Under the pieces are notes generated by a model. That model saw only the letters and a list, made by a program, of their open reading frames with translations. It ran no database searches and was not told the DNA's origin. 64,000 nt of DNA from the human T2T-CHM13v2.0 reference genome, Homo sapiens. The stretch lies in NCBI RefSeq assembly GCF_009914755.1, contig NC_060933.1, one strand, 5' to 3'. The stretch's first letter is position 1, and each line of letters starts with the position of its first letter. The position numbers and the translations under genes were made by a program. Shown piece after piece: positions 1 through 14,759 of this stretch.

Positions 1-445
1 ATGAGAATTTACTGTGCTACAGAATTTTTGGATGAAGTAATTGGCCATGTTGCTCAATACGGTACGAAGTGAAAGCTTCAAAAAATATATTGTGACAGAA
101 ATGAATGTTTGGATTATTGTGAAATGTGCCCTTTTAAATAACATTGGTTTTTCTCAAGTGACTTTGAAGGTAATGCTTTTGCTTACCATATTTCCAAGAT
201 GGCCACGTCTGTGCCCTTAAGCAAATATTTAATCTCTGACCTGATTTTCCCTCATCTGTGATTACATCACAGTTTGAGGATCATCTGTGATAACGTGAAC
301 ATTCTGTGTATATAGTAGGTAGTCAACAGATGTACCCTGTGAGGCTCATCTTTTATTATTCTTTGCCACATTCTTTATAGTGCCTTTAGCACAAATAAGA
401 TCCAGCATCTTAAACAGATTTGCAATGAGAAATATTTTGTTTTAG

Positions 446-550
446 GTAAAAATGTTGTACATCAGCTCTCAGTAACCCTAGAAGACTTATATAATGGTGC
501 AACAAGAAAACTGGCTCTGCAAAAGAATGTGATTTGTGACAAATGTGAAG
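446..550 (+). CDS. DNAJA1: DNAJA1 internal coding exon (exon 4; [18 protein letters not shown]...ICDKCE)
   Basis: tttag| acceptor, |gtacgg donor, 105 nt; translation matches DNAJA1 including the first CxxCxGxG repeat. Confidence 0.97.
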
Positions 551-1000
551 GTACGGTGTTTTTTTGTTTTGTTTTGTTTTGTTTTTAAGCACCTTTAATA
601 TGACACCTGAAAATGGAGCTAAGACTTCTAGATAGATATGTAAAATTGATTCATGTACACTACCTAGATTTTGGGGGAGGAGAGGGCAGATATGAAGAAA
701 ACCAACTGAAAACCTCCCACCTAAAGAAATATCAGCACTTTTTTCTGTGTATATTTTAAATACAGTTGGGATCAAGCTAGTTTGGTATCTTTTTTGTAAT
801 AAGTAAAATTTATTGGAAAGTGTGTTCTAATAAGAATGAAACTCATTGGAATGATCTCATCAGTTGTACATTCAGAGGGTAGCATTCCATCAGGCTTCGA
901 AAATATTAAAAGTATAGCATTTAGGAATTGTCTTCTTAAAACATTTACTACTGTATACACTACTAATTCATACATTATTTAATTTTCTTTTTAAATTTAG

Positions 1001-1228
1001 GTAGAGGAGGTAAGAAAGGAGCAGTAGAGTGCTGTCCCAATTGCCGAGGTACTGGAATGCAAATAAGAATTCATCAGATAGGACCTGGAATGGTTCAGCA
1101 AATTCAGTCTGTGTGCATGGAGTGCCAGGGCCATGGGGAGCGGATCAGTCCTAAAGATAGATGTAAAAGCTGCAACGGAAGGAAGATAGTTCGAGAGAAG
1201 AAAATTTTAGAAGTTCATATTGACAAAG
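1001..1228 (+). CDS. DNAJA1: DNAJA1 exon 5 (zinc-finger region, CPNCRGTG / CMECQGHG / CKSCNGRK)
   Basis: tttag| ... AAAG|gtgagt, 228 nt; type I DnaJ zinc-finger repeats. Confidence 0.98.
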
Positions 1229-1654
1229 GTGAGTTCTGAGTTACTTATTCTGAAGTCTTGAATGCTGTGGCAGATTTATTATTAACATTTTATAATTGTT
1301 TAAAAATCATTCTTAATTAGGTTATATATGATCCTATCAATCAGAAATAACTCTTAGCAGCTTAGTAAATAATGTTCTTTTATCCAGACATAATTTTGCA
1401 CATTGGTATATTACTAATACAGAATATATTAGGAATCTCCTCATTTAATATAACAGGATCATCTTTTGAAATCTGTGGTCCTGTAAATGATTGAATAGTG
1501 TTCCAAACTTAATTCTCTCCTGTTAAACCATAGTTCTTCCATCTTTTAAAACATTAGAATTGTACACATTCTTAATTAGGAGTTACTAGATCAAGGGATA
1601 GGCATACTTTTAAGGATTTGAAAGGGGAGTTAGGTGAAGAATTGGGTCTCATAA

Positions 1655-2291
<637 letters not shown>

Positions 2292-2940
2292 TGGGCTAGT
2301 TTAAATAAGCGTATTGGCCCACTTAATTGGCTTACTTGCCCATCTATTATATTTAAATGCTCCGTTAATTGATTTGATAGACTACCTTTCATTTTTTTAG
2401 ACTTGACACTTCCCTAACCCATTGGGCTCCAGATTTAGAAATAACTATATAACCTTTTTTTTGTATTCTCGGGATTTGATTGATTTGTCAATTTTTAAAT
2501 TTTACTCTTGTCAACTTGCAAAAACATTTTAAAATGTATTACAGCAATACACTGCAGAAATTTTAAGAAATGTATATAACCCCAGAAGGAAACTTAAGTC
2601 AACATTATGGTAATCTCTTTTCAGATTTTGCTGTTTATAAATGGGTCTACTATTATACTGTACTGTGGTATGATACCAATCTGGAACTGTTAATATTTGA
2701 ACATATTTCCATATTAATATACAAATCTACATTAACATAAGTGGCTGCAATAGGATTCTATCATGTGACTCATGATACTGGCCTCTCTGACCCCCAGGGT
2801 TCCACCCAAGAATGTAGTACATTGAAAGGTAAAAATAAGTTTCCTTGGCCAGTTGTTGAACTTAATAAATCTGTGTTTACCCCTTAGTGGGCCCATGCCT
2901 AAGGTTTATACTTTGAGGTGTTCTTGATACCAATAGCATA

Positions 2941-3142
2941 CAGAGTAAGTCTTAACGTTGTTGATAGGTTCTTGGAAACTGGGACTTCTAGCAGAATGAC
3001 CTCAAATAATGTCATGCAGGTCCTCAAATAATGTCATGTCACTGTAACACAGCTGAGGGGAAAAAAATTGGTCTTGTTATGTGTCATTTCATTTAAAGCA
3101 ATTTCCAAGAACCTATCAACAATGGACTGTAAGTGAGAACTT
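2941..3142. mobile_element. MER6-like TcMar-Tigger MITE
   Basis: Perfect 21-bp inverted repeat 2958-2978 / 3102-3122; internal GCAGGTCCTCAAATAATGTC. Confidence 0.65.
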
Positions 3143-3984
3143 GAAATTAATGCCCTAACTATATAGCAAGTGAAGGCATTTGTGCTGTGCCTACTCTTAC
3201 TCTGTATTCAGGAAAACCTAGCTGAGTTTAATTGCTTCCCTAGCATAACAAGTTATTTTGCCTCAATACACGATTAAAGACAGATTGTTTAATTTTGTCA
3301 GTGTATGATACTGATAGCGCTTTAAGTCCTTATTTAAGAGGTACGTACTGAAGTATTTGTGGGTTAATGGATATAGTTGGAGTTTGCTTGAAAGTATATG
3401 TGGGGGGCATGCGTAGGGGTGTAATACATGAAATATTAGTCATGAGTTAGTAACTGCTGAAGCCAAATTGGATGGATATGTAGGAATTCATTGTACTGTT
3501 GGCTCTGTTTATACAGGATTAATATTTTCCATACGTAAAGGTGAAACATGATTGCTCTGTTAGGTAACCAGAGTGATCTTGGGAAATAATCAGGAGATAA
3601 CTGCTTTGGTGTAATACTCTACAAACACAGGTTTTCTTACATGAGTTATGTTCTAAGAGACGTTGCCCAAACCCTTACTGAACTAAAATATGTGGGTCAG
3701 AGGTGAGGGGCACGAAGTCTCAGTTTAAAAAAAAAAAAAAAGGGGTGTTTTTTTGCCCTGTTAGAAAATACTCCTCCCCTTGTATTTTACGGACCACATG
3801 GGCTAAGGGAGTGTCTAGCACTGATTGTTTTGTTTGCTTGTTTAATTTAAATGAGACAAGGTCTGGAACTCCTGTGCTCCAGGGTGCTATCCTCAGGGTA
3901 TCCTCCTGACTCGGCCTCTCAAAGTATAATTACCCTTTTTTTAAGGGGACTATACTGAATAGTTCTTTAAAATACGGATTTTCA

Positions 3985-4255
<271 letters not shown>

Positions 4256-4776
4256 AAGATTATAGATTTAAAATTTTTTTAGTTTTATATATAAATACTA
4301 CAATAGAAGGGTCTTGATTTACATTGCTGTTAGACTTTTAATAGAAGTAATTTGATGTGTTATAAGTAATGAAACTGAAATACTTAATTAACATTTTTTG
4401 GTTATAACCAGTGTTAGCCAGTCATGGTTTAGTACCAGCATATACCTGTTGAGTTAATACTCTAAATATTGCTAATGAGGTGTAGGTGTCTGTGGGAAAG
4501 TTGAAACTTGGAAAGGATATGCAGCTTACTTCCCCAGGGTAATCCAGCCAGTGAATAGCAGCTCTGAGATTTGAAGGCTAGTCTCTTTGCCTCTGGAGTT
4601 TGTGTTCTCCACTATGATACCTTTCTTCAGGAGCAAATTGGACTGAACTACTTAAGTGGGCTTTCTTAGTCATTTCTGTGATTTTTATGCATAAACAAAC
4701 ATCTATGTATAGATTTTATGATTCTGACCTTAGTTGGATATTTAATAAAAGTACAAAATTAATGTTTTGTTTTTAG

Positions 4777-4891
4777 GCATGAAAGATGGCCAGAAGATAA
4801 CATTCCATGGTGAAGGAGACCAAGAACCAGGACTGGAGCCAGGCGATATTATCATTGTGTTAGATCAGAAGGACCATGCTGTTTTTACTCG
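4777..4891 (+). CDS. DNAJA1: DNAJA1 exon 6 ([39 protein letters not shown])
   Basis: ttttag| ... CG|gtaaag, 115 nt, phase consistent with flanking exons. Confidence 0.97.
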
Positions 4892-5431
4892 GTAAAGACT
4901 TTTATCAACCACTCAAATTGATATCACATATTTGGGTTGTTGGTTTTGTTTTTTGTTTTTTTGTTTTTTTTAAAGTGTTTTCCATTACTCTTAGAACCTA
5001 TTTCTCAGGAAGATTGTTAACCATTGTTCAGATCATAAGAGGTTGAATACATAGGATCAGATTTTTAGCTTTTTGTCTCTAAGTATGGAACGTTGAAAAT
5101 GTGTTTCAATTAGATGTTTTGTGTGAACCTAAGCAGCAGATGGGTGGGGAAAACATCCCTGGACAAAAATTTGCCCTCAATCTTTGTAAAGCAATTTAAG
5201 TGCCTTAAAGCTCTCACCAGTTTTCAATCTCATTTATGATAAATTGAATTGCTTTTAATTATAAATATCCAAAAGCATCTCTGTAGGAAACTTAAATTGT
5301 AACTCAATACTAAGTATAAATTCAGGTCTACCATTTTGAGCTAAATAATGAGTATGATGAACACTGAAGCACAAGAAAGATGGATGATTAACAGCAAATG
5401 TTTGTGATCCATGGCTAACATAACACCCTCT

Positions 5432-5932
5432 GTGCATGCTATATTCCCAGCAACTTGGGAGGCTGAGGTGGGAGGATCACTTGAGGCCAGGAGTCCTAGC
5501 TACTGGGGAGGCTGAGGCAGAAGAGTGGCTTGAACTCAGGAGTTCAAGGTTATGATCATGCCACTGCATTCTAGCCTGGGTGACAGTAAGAACCCACCTT
5601 TTTTTTTTTTTTTTTTTAATGGAGTGGAGGTGAAATTGGGAACATCTTAAACTAGTTTAGGATTAATTAATATTTCAGCTTGGTTTGGTGGCTTACGCCT
5701 GTAATCCCAACACTTTAGGAGGCCGAGGTGGATGGTCAGGAGTTCAAGACCAGCCTAGCCAACATGGTGAAATGCCATCTCTGTTAAAAATTAAAAAATT
5801 AGCCAGGCATGGTGGCAGGCCCTGAGGCAGGAGAATCACTTGAACACAGGAGGCAGAGGTCGCGGTGAGTTGAGATGGCGCCATTGCACTCCAGCCTGGG
5901 CAAAAAGAGCAAAACTTGGTCTCAAAAAAAAA
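5432..5932 (+). mobile_element. Rearranged AluJ fragment (about 5432-5600) and internally deleted AluS (about 5677-5932)
   Basis: Alu consensus. Confidence 0.8.
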
Positions 5933-6024
5933 GACTAATATTTTACAAATGTCTGAAGATAATGGGAAATGTTGTCAAGCTCAGGCTTTTGATGCTGTCA
6001 TTTGAGAAGGGTATTAAAGATGTT

Positions 6025-6804
<780 letters not shown>

Positions 6805-7134
6805 TAACCCTCACTCTTGTGAGTTGTTTTTTTTTTTTTCCCTCTGAGAAACCAGATTTAAAACTAGGTAATGAAACAGTTCACTGATGGTAAATGGTAA
6901 AGGCTGCCTAGAGTGTGTGGAATGACTTTGAATCCTTAACTAGGAAACGGGGCTGGCAGGTTGCACATGTTTGCTCTTCCCAGATCTCTGCTCTGCTTGA
7001 TTTTTACAATGGGGGAAGAAAAGGGTGTCTTTGTAAAAGACCCTTTGCTTTTATTAAACAAAAAAACAGCCTGCTTTGGTACATCTACTGATTCGTGATT
7101 TGAAAAATATAAATATGTGTCATATTTTATGCAG

Positions 7135-7250
7135 ACGAGGAGAAGACCTTTTCATGTGTATGGACATACAGCTCGTTGAAGCACTGTGTGGCTTCCAGAA
7201 GCCAATATCTACTCTTGACAACCGAACCATCGTCATCACCTCTCATCCAG
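7135..7250 (+). CDS. DNAJA1: DNAJA1 exon 7 ([38 protein letters not shown])
   Basis: tgcag| ... CCAG|gtatgg, 116 nt. Confidence 0.97.
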
Positions 7251-7575
7251 GTATGGGAACTAGGCAAGCTTAAACTTCTCTTTTCTATTCTAGTATTTTC
7301 CTTGTCTCCTGTTAACAAAGTGTAGTATAGGCACTGAGGGAAACCCATTGTTTTTCTTTCTCGGTTACATATCCTTCTCTGGGCTTAGATGAAGTTATAA
7401 GGTCTTGGCTCTCTTGTCAGCCCTTGGAAAACCCATAAGTGAAAGGTAACAGGATTGCTTTGCCACGTAAGTTTTACTCCTGCCAATGAGCTAGGACAGT
7501 GCTCTGTTCTTTATATTCCCTGCCTCATAAAAATGTGACCATACTTAAGGAAGAACTTGGCTTCAATGTTTTTAG

Positions 7576-7676
7576 GTCAGATTGTCAAGCATGGAGATAT
7601 CAAGTGTGTACTAAATGAAGGCATGCCAATTTATCGTAGACCATATGAAAAGGGTCGCCTAATCATCGAATTTAAG
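7576..7676 (+). CDS. DNAJA1: DNAJA1 exon 8 ([34 protein letters not shown])
   Basis: tttag| ... AAG|gtaagc, 101 nt. Confidence 0.97.
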
Positions 7677-7749
7677 GTAAGCTGTAATGTACTTTAAGAA
7701 TACTTGAGAACAATTGGCTTACTAAAATCTGATAAAAAAGTAAAATTTC

Positions 7750-8260
7750 AGCCAGGTGCAAGTAGCTCATGCCTGTAATCCCCGCATTTTGAGAGGCTGA
7801 GGCAGGAGGATCCCTTGAGCCCTGGAGTTTTGAGAACAGCCTGGGCAACATAGTGAAACCCTGTCTCTTTAAAAAAACAAAAAAAAAAAAAAATTAAAAT
7901 TTCTGAATGCCTCAGAACCTGAAACTTACATTTTTCCACAGCAAGAAATATATGGATCTGGCCACGTGCCACTGGCACACACCTATAATCCCAGTGCTTT
8001 GGGAGGCCAAGACAGGTGGATTGCTTGAGCTCAGGAGTTAAAGGCCAGCCTGGGCAACATGGCAAAACCCCATCTCTACAAAAAGTACAAAAATTAGCCA
8101 GGCATGGTGGCACACACCTGTAGTCCCAGCTACTCGGGAGGCTGAGGTGGGAGGATTGCTTGAGCCTAGGTGGTCAAGGCTGCAGTGAATCAAGATCGTG
8201 TCACTGTACTTCAACCTGGGTGACAGAATGAGACCCTGTCTCAAAAAAAGAAAAAAGAAA
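7750..8260 (+). mobile_element. FLAM monomer (about 7750-7895) and AluJ (about 7960-8260)
   Basis: Alu consensus. Confidence 0.85.
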
Positions 8261-8559
8261 ATTTACCTAATAACTACTTCTGTCATGTTGAGCATTCTTT
8301 GTTAACAAGTTGAGGATGGGGTTTTTTGCATCATTAATTGGATATTTAAAGATAGGTTGTGGGAAGGGTGTGTGGGACAAGTGGGTATTTTACTAATGAA
8401 AGGTTGTAACTGGCATCTTAAAGTTGAGAGGTGCTTTATAATAATTGCAGATTTCTTGGCAAAATAGTGTAATGCTTGATTTGTTAATAGGTATAAAGCA
8501 ATCCAGTCATTTTCCTGAGTCTTAAATTGGCCTGTCACCATAAAAATATTAATTAAAAC

Positions 8560-8862
8560 TTTTTTTTTTTTTTTTCCTTTTTGAGACGGGAGTCTTGTTC
8601 TGTCACCCAAGGTGGAGTGCAGTGGTGCGATCCTGGATCACTGTAACCTCCACCTCCTGGGTTCAAGCAGTTCTCCTGCCTCAGCCTCCTGAGTAGCTGG
8701 GAATACAGGTGCCCGCCACCACGCTGGGCTTTTTAGTAGAGATGGGGTTTCACCATATTGGCCAGGCTGGTCTCAAACTCTTGACCTCAGGTGATCTGCC
8801 CATCTCAGCTTCCCAAAGTGTTGGGATTTGTAATCCCAATTGTATGAGCCACCGCGCCTGGC
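8560..8862 (-). mobile_element. AluS
   Basis: Alu consensus. Confidence 0.88.
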
Positions 8863-9245
8863 CTAAAAACATCTTTGGTAAGGAAGAACTACCCTTTTGA
8901 GAGTAAGAATAGCTTTGTTTAAATATGTCGTAAGAAGGGTTAGGCTGTTGCAGGATGGGTTTTGGTATTAAAAAGTCAGTTTGCTGGATAGAACAATGGT
9001 TGTTAAAGTGCAGTTTTATTTAATACAATCATTTTTAATAAAGCCTGACTTCTGGTCATAATCCTTGAACTCTAGTTCAGAGTGTGCTATGCACTGTGCC
9101 TTTTTAGAGCCTGTTCTAACCTGAGATTGGCAGATTCACCTAAATATTACGTGTTTACATGTGTTTTTCTGGGGAAAATGGGTCCATGATACTCTAAGGG
9201 AGCTAATGATGAAATCAGATTGAACAGTGAAAGTTTCTTTTGAAG

Positions 9246-9464
9246 GTAAACTTTCCTGAGAATGGCTTTCTCTCTCCTGATAAACTGTCTTTGCTGGAAA
9301 AACTCCTACCCGAGAGGAAGGAAGTGGAAGAGACTGATGAGATGGACCAAGTAGAACTGGTGGACTTTGATCCAAATCAGGAAAGACGGCGCCACTACAA
9401 TGGAGAAGCATATGAGGATGATGAACATCATCCCAGAGGTGGTGTTCAGTGTCAGACCTCTTAA
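9246..9464 (+). CDS. DNAJA1: DNAJA1 last coding exon (VNFPENG...GGVQCQTS*), C-terminal CAAX farnesylation motif
   Basis: ttttgaag| acceptor, TAA at 9462-9464; matches ORF track 9240..9464. Confidence 0.97.
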
Positions 9465-10470
9465 TGGGCCAGTGAATAACACTCACTGCTGGCATTTAAT
9501 GTGCAGTAGTGAATGAGTGAAGGACTGTAATCATAATATGCTCACTACTTGCTCTTGTTTTTGTTTTAATAAACTATAGTAGTGTTTTAAAAAGTTAAAT
9601 GAAGAATAAACGCAAATATAAAAGCTCTGATTTTGCCCTGTATGTATGATGACTTCAGTGTGCAAGATGAAGTTTAATACCTGTAAAAACTACAAAGAAG
9701 TTCCCCTAGCATTTCTAGGCCAAACCTTGTAATTGACTTCAGCTATGTACGTGGACAAGCTTAGACTGAAATGCTAGGTATATGTATTGGCTTCAGTGTA
9801 TGACCCTTCATTGTTAAGCTATGAAAGTAAAACTCTGTATTTAACTGGCAATGAGGAAAAAAAAATTTTGTAGAGAAGTGTTGGTCTGTATAGTTCTTTA
9901 TATTAAGTGGGATTCATTGTAATGCCTCTGCATTTATTCTGTTGCCTCAGCTGTTACTTGAAGATGGCGTAATATATAATTTATCCTGTGGTATCAGTGA
10001 TAAAAATGATACCTTTCTGTAGGAGGGGTTTATCATAATATGCTGCTTCTTGAAGGCTTGCACTTCCAGAATTGTGTTTCCTTCTGCTGTGCCATTCATA
10101 TATATATACATATATATATATAATCTTGACCAGTCCTGGTCATTTGCTCCCCTCCTTGTCTGTGGACCATGATAAGCCCAAGTAGTGACTTCAGAGCTGG
10201 GTAACAGAAATTAAAGTGAAAAGACCTTTACGTGGAGAATTTGCATGCGTAATATAGGAAGGTGTTCTTTAGGTATGTTACAGGATTACTTTAAACCATT
10301 TGACTTTCGCTCCAAAGTTATGTTGGTAGTATAGCAAATTATGATGAATAGCTTTAATTGTATGTTTAAAAGTCTCATATGTTCACATGCTTAAATCTGG
10401 GTATCAGAATTTAAGCAATTCTTGAAATGTATTGTCTCCTTAATATACTAATTACAAAGCATCTCCAATG
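9465..10470 (+). other. DNAJA1: DNAJA1 3'UTR; distal end approximate
   Basis: AATAAA at 9568-9573 and 9605-9610, ATTAAA at 10210-10215, variant AATATA at 10442-10447 followed by GU/U-rich tract; (TA)n at about 10099-10122. Confidence 0.6.
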
Positions 10471-10960
10471 TGTGTCACTACAGGCTTTTTTTTCCCAGAT
10501 CATCAAATTTTGGCTTTTAACTAAGATACATAGCTTTATTTTAGCTAGTCTGAATGAGTGATACAAAAATACTATTGAACTATAGTTAAATAATATTAAA
10601 TAGGATGGAGAGTAAAAGTGGAGGACTGGGTAATGAGCCAAGAAGAAGGGGACTTAGAAAACTGCAAACATTGGAGTGAGCATGAGAGAACAAGTTCTCA
10701 TAAAGAATACAAGTTTAAAAAGGAGAAAAACTTTAAAAAATAAGGTTCCCAAACCATCAGTGTTTGTCAACTTCCTTTTAGTCTGTGCCAGCCACCCACA
10801 GCTACCCTAAAGTTGGAGATGTGAAGCAGATGTTCAGGAAAGTATAATTGATCGGTGTTCAAAAAAGTGCTTTGTGACAGATTTCACTTTTCACTGGGTT
10901 TATGTACAAATTCTAAAAATCTCTGAACCTGTATTTTAATGCATTTAAGAGCATTGTTTA

Positions 10961-11268
10961 GGCCAGGCATGGTGGCAGTGGCTCACACCTGTGATCCCAG
11001 CACTTTGGGAGGACAAGGCAGGCAGATCACCTGAGGTCAGGAGTTTGAGACCAGCCTGGCCAACTTGGTGAAAACGTGGTGTACTTTACTAAAAGTACAA
11101 AAATTAGCCAGGTGTGGTAGCACTCACCTGTAGTCCCAGCTACTCGGGAGGCTGAGGCAGAATTGCTCAAACCCAGTCCGGAGGTTGCAGTGAACCAAGA
11201 TTGCACCATTGCGCTCCAGCCTGGGTGACAGCAAGACTCCGTCTCAAAAAAAAAAAAAAAAAAAAAAA
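10961..11268 (+). mobile_element. AluS
   Basis: TSD AGCATTGTTTA. Confidence 0.9.
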
Positions 11269-11531
11269 AGCATTGTTTATAGGACGCTTAAAAATTTTTA
11301 CAAATCTCACACAAGGTTTTCAGCGTTTGTCAGTCATAAGGGAAATGCACATAAAAACCAGATACCACTTCATACCTAATAGGATAGCTCTAATCCAAAA
11401 AATGGAAAATAAGAATATGGAGAAATTGGAACCCTCTGTACTTTGTTGGTGGTAATGTAAAATGTTGCAGTTGCTGTAGAAAAGTCTGGCAGCTGCTTAA
11501 AAAGCTAAACATGGAATTACCACATGACCCA

Positions 11532-11841
11532 GAGCTGGCCCTCCTTTTTGGGTTTCACATCCATGGATTTAGTCAACTTTGGATCAAAAACAATTGGGAA
11601 AAATTGTTTCCTGACCATGTACAGACTTCAGCTGTTAAAAGTATAACAGCTGTTTACATAGTACTTACATTGTATTAGGTATTACCAGTAACCTAGAGCT
11701 AGATGGCTAAATTACGCAGGATGTGTAGGTTATATGCAAATAACCATCTTGTTTTATATCAGGGACTTGAGTACCCTCGGATTCTGGTATCCATGGAAAG
11801 TCCTGGAACCAGTACCCCCATGGATACTGAGGGATGACTAT
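11532..11841 (-). mobile_element. MER2 DNA transposon
   Basis: End GTCCTGGAACCA...ATGGATACTGAGGGATGACT; internal TACATTGTATTAGGTATTA. Confidence 0.75.
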
Positions 11842-11866
11842 ACAAAAGGAATTAAAAACGAATGAA

Positions 11867-12180
<314 letters not shown>

Positions 12181-12680
12181 TCAGTGTTTACTGTGCATTC
12201 TCAACAGCCCAAAGTGGAAACCTGACTGTCCACCAACAAATGGTTAATGTGTACCTACAAATCTCTCAATTCTCAATATACATGTGTACATACACTGTGA
12301 AATACACAGCCATTAAAAGGAATACTTTTTATACTTCCCCCAAATATGAAGCACTTTACTGTTTGATACATGGATGAACCTTTAAAACATGCTAAATGAA
12401 ATAAGCCAGATAAAAAAGGACAAGTATTGTATAATTTCACTTATATGAACTAAACTTAGACAAATGCATTGAGGCAGAAACAGTACCAAAGGCTGAGGGG
12501 AAGGGAAGGAGAAGTTAATTGACAATGTTACAGGGCTTCTGTTTAGGGTGATGACATTTTGGAAATACAATAGTGGTTGCGTAACATCGTAAATAATGCC
12601 ACTGAATTGCACAATTGTTTAGGAAAATTTGTTACATGTTTTACAATTAAAAATCCTAAGAACACTAAAAGAAAGTCATA

Positions 12681-12756
12681 TTAGGTCGGTTGGTGCAAAA
12701 GTAATGTGCCATTACTTTTAATGGCAAAAACCGCAATTACTTTTGCACTAACCTAA
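12681..12756. mobile_element. MADE1 (Hsmar1 MITE)
   Basis: TTAGG..TTGGTGCAAAAGTAAT...AATGGCAAAAACCGCAATTACTTTTGCACTAACCTAA flanked by TA on both sides. Confidence 0.92.
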
Positions 12757-13142
12757 TAGTTATATCCTGAAGAGGCAGAAACTGATAGGTTTGTCTGTGT
12801 AGTTTTTCAGCTTGTATTATTACTACCACTAACAGCCTCTGTTGAACCCTTCATTACTATGTAAGCAGCCATATTTAATTCTCAGAACAATGTAATGAGG
12901 GAGAGCCTATGAAAAAACAAAGCCTATGAAACAGAGCCTATGAAAAAACATTAACCAAGGTCATCATCCACAAAAATACAAGTTCCAGCACTAACTCTGC
13001 TTTCTCTGTGATGCTTCTCCTGCCCATTCATACTTGTAGGGAATAGGAGTAGAGGCCAATTATGTCGCTTGAGAGTGCTCTTGGAACAGTGGCAAATTTT
13101 CTGTACGTGAAATTAGCTTCTCAACTTTTTTGTACGTACGGT

Positions 13143-13290
13143 ACTGGTTCTTAACCTTGGCTACCATTGGAATTACCCGGGAAACATTAAAACACTCATC
13201 AGGTCCCACCCTCCAGGGATTCTGTATAACTCGGCTGGGTGTAGCCTAAGCATCAAAATGATTATGCGCAGCCAAGGTTGAAAGCCACCA
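13143..13290. mobile_element. MER5-like hAT element
   Basis: TIR-like GGTTCTTAACCTTGGCT ... AGCCAAGGTTGAAAGCCAC. Confidence 0.6.
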
Positions 13291-13343
13291 ACACTGACAC
13301 ATGGATTTAATATTAACCACTTGGAACAGAATACCACTGTTAA

Positions 13344-13693
<350 letters not shown>

Positions 13694-13964
13694 TATTGTA
13701 AGTTTTAAACAACCTCAGACCAGGGAACTTCCTCACTTGGACATACACTTCATAGCAATTTCTTCTCTTAAAATAGTGGAAAATGAAGCTGTAAAAGCAC
13801 AGTGAATGAGAACACTAGCAAGCTATGGCAATTTGAAAAAATGTGATTTTAAGAGTCAGTCTTGCACCTTTATCATTTAAATTTGGTTATCTCAGCATGA
13901 AACTTCTGAGACTGACAGCAAGAATTAAAACACCTTTTGTATATGCGGAAACTACCCTGTAGTC

Positions 13965-14080
13965 TACCTGCTCTCAAATTTGAGCACGCTTGCTGGGCCC
14001 CACCACCAATTTCTGATTCTGTAGGTCTGGGATAGGACCTTAGAATGTGTCTATCACGTGACACTTGTAAGAACCACTGT
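13965..14080. mobile_element. MER5A-like hAT element
   Basis: TGCTGGGCCCCACC..TTTCTGATTCTGTAGGTCTGGG..AGAACCACTG. Confidence 0.6.
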
Positions 14081-14759
14081 TCTAGCACAAGCCAAAAGAA
14101 GTGACAGCAAAGACTGACATCCAGAATCCTCTAATTCAGTTCTCTCTACTCATCTCACTACCTGTGCTCTGCTTAGGTGAATGTGTTTGCAGCATGTGGA
14201 GGAACAATCCATGTATTCTTTGTCCCTGCCCAAACCTAAAGATTGAGGAGGAACTGACAGCAATATTGAGAGTGAGGCAAGAGAGAAAAAAAACCTAGCT
14301 TCGGAGTCACATCTGGTTTTCAATGCGAGCTTCGTGCAAGTTGGACTGAGTTAGGTGCCTCACGTCTGGAAACCTGTTTCTTCATGTGCATTTGCGCACC
14401 CTCATTACATTGTTCTGAGAATTAAATATGGCTGCTTACATAGCAAGGAAGGGCTCAACAGAGGCCGTTAGTGGTAGTAATAATACATGCTGAAAAAAAA
14501 CAACTGGTGAAGAAGATACTGAATTGTACCTGAGATTTATACCATTTGCTGTTAAAAAAAAAAAAAAAAAAGCCATACTACTCCCAAATACCTCCGCGCA
14601 ATGTTTTCCAGTCATTAATTCAACAGCAGAATAGGGGATAGGACAAATGTCCTTATGCTCATGGAATTAATTTTAACGCCAGGTAGTTTAGCTTCTATGT
14701 TAAGTGCTAGAGAGCAGCATCCGTTAAATCTGGTGGCTGCAGCAGAGCACTTCCCTAGG

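Noticed and set aside
9206-9259. ATGATGA ... CTGA resembling C/D box snoRNA boxes
   Set aside because: Too short, no terminal stem, and it overlaps the DNAJA1 acceptor and exon.
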